A stretch of DNA of 64,000 bases from Elsinoe ampelina (taxonomy: Eukaryota), in assembly GCA_010093995.1 (NCBI GenBank), contig ML992505.1:1195147-1259146 (forward strand), in the 5' to 3' direction. Both the position numbers and the translations under genes were made by a program. The notes under the pieces are model-generated. The model searched no databases, was not told the origin of the DNA, and worked only from the letters and a program-made list of their open reading frames with translations. Position 1 is the first letter of the stretch. Every line of letters starts with the position of its first letter. Positions 11,420-20,681 of this stretch are shown piece after piece.

Positions 11420-11580
11420 GAAGCCCAGGATCGATGGGGGGTTCCAAAAATTATCCGGTGATCCTGTGCAAGCACAGTCCAAGCTTATCAGAACCAATGT
11501 GCAATGGCTCCAACTCACCTCGTACCAATGGCAGAACCATCAGCACAACCGGCGGGACCTGCTGGCTAGGCAAGTCGACT
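11420..11580 (-). ncRNA. U1 snRNA-like variant C (5' end AGUCGACUUGCCUAG)
   Basis: Helix H CCGGU/ACCGG; SL1 GUGCUGAUGG-UUCUG-CCAUUGGUAC (no 70K loop); SL2 GGAGCC-AUUGCACAUU-GGUUCU; SL3 CUGUGC-UU-GCACAG; Sm site AAUUUUUGG (about 11444-11452). TATAAAA (11619-11625) lies 45 nt upstream, as in copy A. Confidence 0.82.
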
Positions 11581-12221
11581 GAGAAAAGAAAGAGGGAAGA
11601 ACCTGGTGCGAAGAGTTCTTTTATACCTTCGTTCCCTCGGAGTTCGGTGCGTGTCGGCGCCGACATGGTTGGGAGCTTGTGAGGTCACCGCCGTGGTGAT
11701 GAGGTGGTTGGGGCAGAGACCAGCCACTTGTTCACAGCTGCCTTGGTTGGAAGCTTCCAAACAAGGCACAAATGGCGCTGGGTCAGCTCACCACCAGCGC
11801 GGAAGACCTCGTTGAAGGCCGTTGCTGTGAGGACGAGCGCCGATCAGCAAGCTACACCTTGGTTGAGACACTTCCAAACCGGTTCGCAGCGTACCAGGTG
11901 CACCGTGACCAAGCTGCGCCTCCCGTTGTCCTTGATGCCATTCCGTGCAGCTGCCGAAACATGCTCTGTGCACTTCCACCGCGTTCGAGGAAGCTCCATG
12001 ATGACGTGCCTGTATACCACCTGCGCTCGTACACGACCTGACGACCAGCGGACGTGAGGTATGGGATGGACCAACGGAGACTGTGGGCGCATGGCAGCAC
12101 GCGTGTCTTCGAGATGTTAGGCTGTGGAAGCGGATTCATCACAAGTCACAATGCTGGAGGGGAACAGGAGGCTCTTCTCCAAGGCACAGCTGTAAAGCCA
12201 TACAATGATGAAAACATCAAA

Positions 12222-12399
12222 CAGCGAGGCTGTGAAGAGGGTAAAGCAAAAATTCGGCGAGAGAACCTCGGAGAGATTCAGGCCCCGGAGTGCAATGGGA
12301 CCGGTCAAAGGGATTCATGAGCTCCAATGACCCACACCAGATGGTTTCGAAAAAGCATGTGCTGCTGCTGCTGTTGCATGGGCGGTACATACAATTTCT
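12222..12399 (-). ncRNA. U1 snRNA-like variant D (about 60-nt 5' extension with CAG repeat)
   Basis: Helix H UGGUG/CGCCG; SL1 GGUCAUUGGA-GCUCAUGAA-UCCCUUUGACC; SL2 GGUCCC-AUUGCACUCC-GGGGCC; SL3 GAAUCUC-UCC-GAGGUUC; Sm site AAUUUUUG (12247-12254) followed by CUUUACCC; TATAAAA at 12440-12446 and CTTCCTCTTTCTTTCTCC initiator. Confidence 0.85.
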
Positions 12400-14309
12400 G
12401 GAGAAAGAAAGAGGAAGAGATTGTCCAGCGAGAGACAACTTTTATAGAACTCAGCGCCAAGAAATCCCTTGGCCGCTTACGTGATCACCCGCGACGACAG
12501 CATTGGCTCGCTTGCTGGCGTTCCCGGCCGGGAGAGCGGCAGCGAGGCCTCATGCGGTATGGCGTCGCTCGCAGGCCGGCTCAGGGGCCCCTGGGAGGGC
12601 TGCCAGGAGGTGAGCCAGGGCCTGTGGGAAGGGCGGCGGGAAGCCATGATATGGCGGCGGGCTCACACCACAAGGTCGCGCAAATACTGAAGCTATCAGC
12701 GGTGATCAGAAGGATCTCACGATCATTTTGAGACTACTTAAAGCATCATACACCTTGTGGTGGTTGCGCAAGACGTGATTGTGTGTTCGATGAGCCCGAG
12801 GGAGCTGATTTCCACGCACCTTTGAGCGGCGACGACGACATGACCAACACTCGGATGAGCATCAAATTTTGGATGAGGATGATCGCGTGGATGCAGAGAA
12901 CATCATCTCGAAATCTCATGATCATAGCTTCACGTTTGAGAATCTGTCATCTGGTGGGCTCGCAGCTCATCCCATTCGACATGGTTCACCAGCTCCGCAG
13001 CGGCCCACGACGCTGAGCCAGGCAAAACCAATCGGTACGCTCAATCACCAACACCAAAAACACGCGAGATTCCTCACTGCACAGTGTTCGGGCCTTCCGA
13101 ACATGATCCAAGCTGAGGGCTATGCACGTTAAATCACAAATCAAGACGGCTACACTATGCTCATGAATGACCGGCCAAAGTTCTGGGTATCAGAGCGCAC
13201 TGGAAGACACGAGCAGTACCCTCATGTGAAGGACGTTGGGATGACAAGTATGACATTTGACGCACGCGTGTTTATATGACCACTCGACACGACTGCTCCT
13301 CAAGGTTGAAGGCCTCAGGATCAGCATTGGCGAATGCACACCATCTTGATCGAGCAGCGATAATCTTCGGAAGACAGGACCCTTTCGTGCCACTGCCGAG
13401 CCTGGTATCTACATGCCTTGACTCCTCCTTGTCCGCCATGACACGCGCGTACTTCCATCTACCCTGCTAAAGAGCCGCCATCTACAAGTCGTCGGGCGCA
13501 AATTTGGTCGAAGAGGGGATCGTAGACCCCAAGTGCTGTCAGACCAAACAGACGCATCTGCGCATGCCTGATCTCGATTGGTTGTGACGTGCGAGAATGG
13601 CCCTAGTCGCTGGAGACGATAGCGAGAAGGATAGCGCTGCTCGGTGACTTTGTGAGGACCACTCCTTCGCCTTTTTTCCTCGACCAATGCCTCCTCCCGT
13701 TGACAAGCCGTCGCGGAAGCAGAGCAGACCACATGAAGGCCGCACGACTTTTTGTCGGACCATCGCGCTCGCAATGTGAGGTTGCAGTATATGCTTCCAA
13801 GCACTTTGCGCCTCCCTGGACTCGCGATAGGTAGGCCAGACTCTTTGCTCGTCAGGGCCATTGCTCGTGTCCCCTCATGCCGTTGTCCTTGCTCTTGGCT
13901 CCCTGTGTACCTTCCCTCACTCTTGATCATCTTCGCCTCCTCTCTCCCCGAGCGTGGCAGGGTCGCGCCTCAAGAGTCGCGGTCGGAGGCTGTGGTAGTC
14001 GCAGTGCGCGTTGATGGCGGAATCCTTGACGGTGCTTATAGTTGGCTCTCATGTGTGCGCCAGTCATTCTTTGGGGGAGCTTGCGAGGTCGTGATGCTGG
14101 ACGAATGGTCGTGAATTTGAAATGGACGGCCGGGTCTGTGACTTCCTCGTGGTGGGAGCTCATTCGAACACTTCTGGATGGCCGAAATTGCGACCAGGCC
14201 CGGATCGTTATGCATGCCTCCTTGCCAACGTATACCTTTGTCATACCTGCGAACCTGTTGTAGGCCCCCTTCACCTACTGCATCATCGTGTCAAGTAAGT
14301 GCGTGGGGA

Positions 14310-14590
14310 TAGATCTGTCAAAGGGGCGCCTCTTTGTCCTCCATGTGGGATATACTTGTGCATACACAAAGGATGCCCACATGAGAGTCCCTTGGCATAC
14401 GACGGACAAAGCCGTGCGACCAAAAAGCTACTCCTGGATGTCAAAACCGCCAGATACGGAGTGCTGGAGTTCAAACCCAGCTTGCGTCGCGTCGAGATCT
14501 TTTCCCTCAAGGAGTCTCTATACCACCACCATGCATCTTTGTGTGCTGACTGTGGTTGCAAAAGATGCGCCTCGAGCTGGAGATCCTCAT
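14310..14590. other. Nested imperfect inverted repeat; possible structured RNA or MITE remnant
   Basis: Colinear complementary blocks: 14325-14335/14561-14571, 14360-14376/14533-14546, 14384-14394/14508-14519, 14413-14420/14486-14492. Confidence 0.45.
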
Positions 14591-15138
14591 CGTCGTGGGA
14601 AAAATGCAAAAAAAGAATGTTGCAACAACATTATGTGTTTCCAAATATTCCCTGTCTGCTGCGTGACAGAAGTGGTTCACGGGGGATGCACGGGGGCAAC
14701 GTACCACTTTACCGTCGCACCAAGTGGCCTCCCGAGGGGCCGTACCTGGTGCGACGGAAAATAGTCGCGTCGCAAAATATATGAACCTTGATGTCTGGAC
14801 CTTGGGAAATGCTCTGCAGACATGGCTGGCACAAGGTAAGGGGAATACAGAGCATTGCGAGTCTCACATAGCACGGCAGCGATGGTGGAAGCTATCTCAT
14901 TCATTCTTGAACTTCTATGATCATTCTTCGATTTATTGGAAGTGATCGAATGCTCCGGTAGGTAAAAGAACAGCAGGTAAGCCAGGAGCCGCGCACAAAT
15001 TTGCCAAGCCTCTCAGCACAGACATATTGCACTCACACGCTCTCATTCTTCTCCTGGCGATCACTTTACACATACCGACACCACCGGTATAAGAAGCACA
15101 ACTGCAAGAAGATCCTTTGGCTACCAGCAGTGGTAGTC

Positions 15139-17764
15139 ATGGCACAATCCGCGGGGGAATTCCCTCGCTACAGCGATGGCGATGTTGAGGTACGACTCAC
15201 GAAGCATTAGACTCACCTAGATCATGAACTCTTCACTGACTCACTTCAGATCGTCCTATCGGCGGTACTCCGATACCAACTTCATGCGCAGACCCTGCGG
15301 CGCGCCAGCAGGGTATTCGCCGCTCTCCTTGATGGGGACGGCGCTGCCCTGTCGGCCAGGGCGCGCGCGCGGGGTGTCGTGGTGCGGCACCGTCTGTCTC
15401 TCGTAGAGGCAGGCGGTGTCTACAGCTTCCAGCGGGAAGCAGTGGACTCGGAGGGGCGGAGCAGGGGAGTAGGTGGTATCGGAGGCCTCGGTGCGAACGG
15501 TGCCGACGTCGATGCCGTCGTCGCGGGGATGACCTTGGTCCTCCGCGCCATCTACAACCTGGAGCTCGCCTTCGACTTCACCGATGTGCGAGCCCTGGCC
15601 GAGGACGTGATGGGGGTCCTCGGCTGCGCTGAGCTGGTTAGGGCTGTGAGTTTCTCCATCTTTTGAACTAGGCAGATTCACTGACGATTATCAGGCCCCA
15701 TCAGTCACCAAGTCGCTGGAGAGTGCTCTCCTCACGCAAGAGCAGCAGCTGTTTGTGGCCATATCACAACAGCCGACCGAATGGATCAAGGTGGCCAAGC
15801 GCTTGTCATCACGCACCATCTTCAAAGAAGCCATGATTCACATAGTCGGACGCTACAATGAGCTTGCAGCCGCACCTTACACATCACCGACCCATCCTCA
15901 AGTCAAAGGACTCTCCAAGCTATCAAGTCTGCCCAAGGACATCCTCACACTGGTCAATGCGCACCGAGATGAGTTTACCAAGACAATCAAAGCCGTTCAC
16001 AATCGCTTCTCTACATGGTATCCTGAGCAGATCAAACGCAACAACACCACTGGCTCAGCTAAAGGCGACGGATTCAATCTCAGAGACTACGAAAAAGACA
16101 TCAAAGATTGGATGGCACTGACAATATTTCACCAATACTGCATGCTAAAGCTTACGGGCGAAATGGCTATCGGCTCTTCCGACACTGGCTTCCAGATCAT
16201 ACAGAAACTCTTTGAAGGAGGTCAAAGCTACCTACCATTGCAAGCCTGCGCACAATGGCACCTCCGCTTTCCCATGTCCAAACGTGGTCAAGGCATCATC
16301 CAAAACTCGCTCGACGAGATCAAGAAGCACGTTTCAACCATCGTGGCGCCGCTCATGGTTACTAAATGCCAGCTCAACACCACCCTCCATCCCGTCGCTT
16401 GGTTCACCTGCATCGAAGTAGATATCTCACGATTCGAATTCGTCCAGAATGACTCCGGCACCATCGTCCGCTCTTGCAGCCCTAAAGATCACGCCGTACC
16501 AGACTGGCTTGCTGATGTCCAGTCGGCATCCGAGCATGAAGAGCATGAAGTGGAAGACCAGGATGACGAAGCATCAACCTCGGCACCAAACAAGGCACCG
16601 CCTCTTAATCCTCGTCAGCCGACATCGGGCCAAAGAACTCAGAACGACACCTCTACATTGCGCAAGACACGCAGAGGAGCACGAGCAGAGGAAGAACAGC
16701 AGGATGACGACAGCACATCTGCATTGGGCAAGGCACCCTCTCTCAACCCTCGTCAGCCAACATCACGTACCAAGAAGGCAGGCAGCACCACGACGAAGCG
16801 CAAAAGAGGTCGACAGGAAGAAGAAGAAGAAGACGATGGCGATGATCATGATGACGATGAAGCTCCTCTACGCAAAGTCAGGAGAAGAAGACAGATCAGG
16901 CACATCAAAGGAGCCACGAAGATCCTCGACGATGCCAACAGCACTGGTCCTGGTGAGTATGAAGATGGAGGGGGTGCCCCCGACGCTCGCCCCCAGGATC
17001 AAGAGCAGCCGAACGGACAAGCGAAAGAAATTGCCTCGGCAGCGGAAGAAGACGAAGACGAAGACGACAGCCTTTTCGTACCACCCCACCGAAAGAAGAT
17101 CCAGGAGGCAGAAGAGACAGAGCACGCATCGGCAGATGAAGTCAACAGCCTTTTCGACCCAGAAGAGCATCCTATACAGGAAGCAGGTGCGACAGAGCGT
17201 GCATCAGCAGACGAAGTCGACAGCCTCTTCGTCTCAGAACAGGATGCTATACAGGAAGCAGGAGCGACAGAGCATTCGACTCAAAAGGCCGAAGTCGAGG
17301 TCGAAGAAGGAACCAATGAGATCGAAACCGGCGACAGCGTCAGCCTTGTGGGCACCATCACTCGCGACACCAACAGCAGCGTCGCCGTCAATACCAGCAA
17401 CATCAACAACAGTGAAATCAACCTCGACGACCTCGAGATCAGCCCCATCAACATGGATGAGATCGACACAGCAGACCCCAACAACTGGTACGAAATCCCC
17501 GAGGACGAACTGGAGAACATTGACCGGAAGAGTCCGACGCCTCTGCCGTGGACCCCGGAACATGAGTACTCGTCGCCAGAGTCACACCCGGAACAGGATC
17601 CCGATAGAGCCTTCTGGTACACCGACCGCAGTGACGTTGATCGAATGGAGCAGCAGTATCAGGACAGACTTGATGCTGCAGAAGGGTTGTTGGCGTTCGG
17701 TGCGGAGGTTGTTGTCAATGCGCCGGAGGATAATGCGATTGAGTCTATTGAGAGGGATCCTTGA
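15139..17764 (+). CDS. BTB/POZ-like domain protein with acidic, repeat-containing C-terminal tail (3 exons)
   Basis: MAQSAGEFPRYSDGDVE|IVLSAVLRYQLHAQTLRRAS is a typical fungal BTB start; introns at about 15190-15249 and 15646-15694 join it to the 669-aa ORF containing IFKEAMIHIVG. Confidence 0.75.
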
Positions 17765-18237
17765 GGGGAGATCATGGACTATCAGAACGATGAGAGCGAT
17801 GAATAGGATGAGGAACAGGCGAGATGTATGATATAAAGCCTCTGCAGATACTACCAGAGGTTCAAGGTAGTGGTAGTATGGTTGATGGTACACTACCAGA
17901 GGATGCAGGCTTGAGCAGCGACTGTACAATACGATGAGAGCAACGAGGATCGAGAAGGCCGAGTACCTACCAGGTCGTAGTCATGTACAATAAACGGCTC
18001 ATCAGAAATTACCAGATATGGTTATGGGATGTTTTGATTTGCTTCGTGAATGTCTTATGTGCACTTCTCGTAGTGCCTTGAGCCTCGACTGCTGATTTGT
18101 ACATCGGAGCGCAGTCGACATGCTGATCGCTCTGTACTTCCTCTTCCATAATGCGCACTTCCTTGACGTAACGATTCAATCCCTCATCCACACTGCCATT
18201 CTTCTGGTGCCATGCCCCTTCCCCTCTCGGCTGCCCC

Positions 18238-18542
18238 TCAATCATCATATCCCTGGGGAATCTTTCTCGGACCCTTCGGAACTGCCTCACTGTCAGTATG
18301 TTGCGCCACAATCTCCAGAAGCCGCGCTGCACTTGCGACTCTCCACGGAACCACATACTCGGATATGTCTGAGGAATGATCGGTCTTGGTCCGTCGCCTA
18401 ATCTCGCCCTAATCGGAGGTACTGTGACAACCATGGCTGGTCCTACGCAACCCAGTGCAATGGACCAGAAGATCGCTGGCTTTTCCCGGGCGGCCCATTT
18501 GATGTACGTTAATGGCGCGTTGACGAATTGTACTGGCGCCAT
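18238..18542 (-). CDS. NADH:ubiquinone oxidoreductase 9.5 kDa subunit (NI9M/NDUFA3-like), 2 exons
   Basis: MAPVQFVNAPLTYIKWAAREKPAIFWSIALG...IPQTYP, GTATGT intron, then IPKGPRKIPQGYDD*. Confidence 0.85.
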
Positions 18543-18816
18543 TGTGAGGGATACGGTTGCTCCAGAACCACCAGGAAGATTGAGGAAAATAAGCTGTAGT
18601 CCGCGAAACCGGTAAGAGTCGTATTTGAGTAGGAGAGGGAGTCGATTCTGCAGGGAGAGGATCGAGGTGGAGGGGATGAAGTCGTGAAGTGCGGAAGTCA
18701 ATTGGAGCTTGCCATTTCTTGGCATTCGGATGGCCCACGTTTCCCTTTGGAGCTTCAAGAAAGTTGAAGCTACATCCAGGTCACGCATCCCACATCTCGG
18801 ATCTCAGCAAATCATC

Positions 18817-20324
18817 ATGCGGTGGCTTCTTTCGTCCCTACTGCTTGCGGCAGTGGGTCTGGTACAGGCATTGAGTACGACTGGGAACACGTTACTGGTT
18901 GTGGTGGACGACATTGCGGACAAGGACAAGTACTCCAAGTTCTGGACGGACCTCGAATGTACGTGGGGATCTGCCGCCAGGGAGACGAGCAGCGCTAATT
19001 GTGAATAGCAAGAGGCTTTGTCCTTAGATTCCAGACACTAAAGTCGACGGATCTTTCGCTTTTCAAGCTAGGAGCACTCGCATACGACCACCTCATCCTC
19101 CTTCCAAGCAAGTCAAAGGGTCTGGGACCAAATTTGACGCCGAACATCCTTGTCGATTACATCAACAAGCAGGGAAACGTCCTCCTCACGCTTTCCGGAG
19201 ATGGCTCAATACCGTCCTCGTTAGCTTCAGTCCTCCTCGAATTCGACATCACCCTCCCACCTGAGAAGAACGCAGTCGTGGTTGATCACTTCAACTATGA
19301 AGAGAAGACAGCAGCGGAGAAGCATGATGTGCTTCAGATCCCACCACCAAAGCAACTTCGGGGTGACATCAAGGACTACTTCAATGTTGGGGGTATGCTG
19401 GCTGTTCCTCGCGCGGTCGGACAGGTCCTGGGTAACTCAAACCCGCTCATCACGCCTATCCTGCGAGCTTCGGACACAGCATACTCATACAACCCAAAAG
19501 AGGCCAATGAAGCGCTTGAGGACGTCTTTGCGTCTGGCTCCCAACTATCTCTGATCACCGGCTTCCAGGGACGCAACTCGGCACGCCTGACCGTCCTCGG
19601 ATCATCCGAGCTGTTGGAGGACAAGTGGTTCGATGCCAAAGTCAAGGGTATCAGACCTGGCGAGACTTCGGTTCAGTCATCGAACCAGAAGTTCGCTCAG
19701 GCGCTGAGCCAGTGGACCTTCCAGGAAATTGGTGTGCTCAAGGTTGGCCGTATCCAGCATCACCTTAATGAGGCGCCCGTCAAAGGCAGCAATGCTAGCT
19801 CAGACATCGCTGAGATCAACCCAGAGATCTATCGCATCAAGAACGATGTGGTAAGTGCATATCAAGAAAGACCAGATGAATGCCTTGTGGCTAACATTTC
19901 TCAGACATACTCGATCGAATTATCAGAATGGAACGTGGATCATTACGAGCCGTACACTCCCCCTGCGGGAGATGTTGTCCAGCTCGAGTTCAGCATGCTT
20001 TCGCCTTTCCATCGTCTCAAATTAGACGCGACCTCGCGGACTGCCAACAGCACCATTTACAGCACTTCTTTCAAGCTACCAGATCAGCACGGCATCTTCA
20101 ACTTCCTCGTCAACTACAAGCGTCCTTACCTCAGCAACGTCTTTGAAAAGCGCACGGTCACAGTGAGACATTTTGCTCACGATGAGTGGCCACGAAGTTT
20201 TGTCATCACTGGAGCTTACCCCTGGATCGCTGGCATTGGCGTTACTGTCGGGGGTTGGCTGGTATTCGTGGCTGTGTGGTTGTTCAGCAAGCCGGCACAG
20301 ACGTCCACGAAGAAGACGCAATGA
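18817..20324 (+). CDS. WBP1: Oligosaccharyltransferase beta subunit, 3 exons
   Basis: Signal peptide MRWLLSSLLLAAV; QLEFSMLSPFHRL, KLPDQHGIFNFLVNYKRP, HDEWPRS; C-terminal TM segment and KKTQ ER retrieval signal. Confidence 0.95.
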
Positions 20325-20681
20325 TGAGGGGATGTCAGAAAGACATTATCTACTGTATACCATAGTCTTACGACGAAGTGTCGTGGTACAACATGTATTG
20401 TAGGCTATGAAATGGAAAAGCTTTGAGATCATGCGGACTATTTCGACCCTACCGAAATTTGATCGCACATTATGCTTATGGCCCCGATGGAAACGAAGAG
20501 ATTCATTCTAATATCCCGTTTAGCTGTCTGCGTGCGGTGATGTGAATGTCAAATTGCCAAGCGGAAGCCAAAAACGCGGCAGAATCCCAGAAAAATGTCC
20601 TCACCGCCTTTTCCTATCAGAACCATATCCTCACATCTCCAACTACTCGCAGTCACAACCAATCCGCCTCAAAACAACAAA

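Noticed and set aside
11511..11521. AG|GUGAGU donor-like motif in variant C
   Set aside because: It sits at the base of SL2, where canonical U1 has a similar G-rich sequence, and is probably base-paired.
12370..12393. GUAUGU...CAG in variant D as an intron inside an snRNA
   Set aside because: Only about 22-34 nt long with no CURAY branch point.
10150..12450. Reading the repeats as a CRISPR array, LTRs or transposon ends
   Set aside because: Eukaryotic locus; irregular spacing, no terminal repeats, target-site duplications or transposase, and the conserved blocks map onto snRNA elements.
10105..12731. Short ORFs overlapping the U1-like array (e.g. 10302-10787, 10724-11233, 12327-12731)
   Set aside because: No recognisable domains; their similar MKKERG starts come from the antisense of the shared pyrimidine initiator.
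13148..13180. GCTCATGAAT on the + strand, matching the SL1 loop of variant D
   Set aside because: No convincing flanking stem, U1A loop or Sm site.
12500..15000. Telomerase RNA, SRP RNA or RNase MRP as the identity of the structured region
   Set aside because: No CUAACCCUAA-type template, SRP helix-8 motif or convincing P4 consensus seen.
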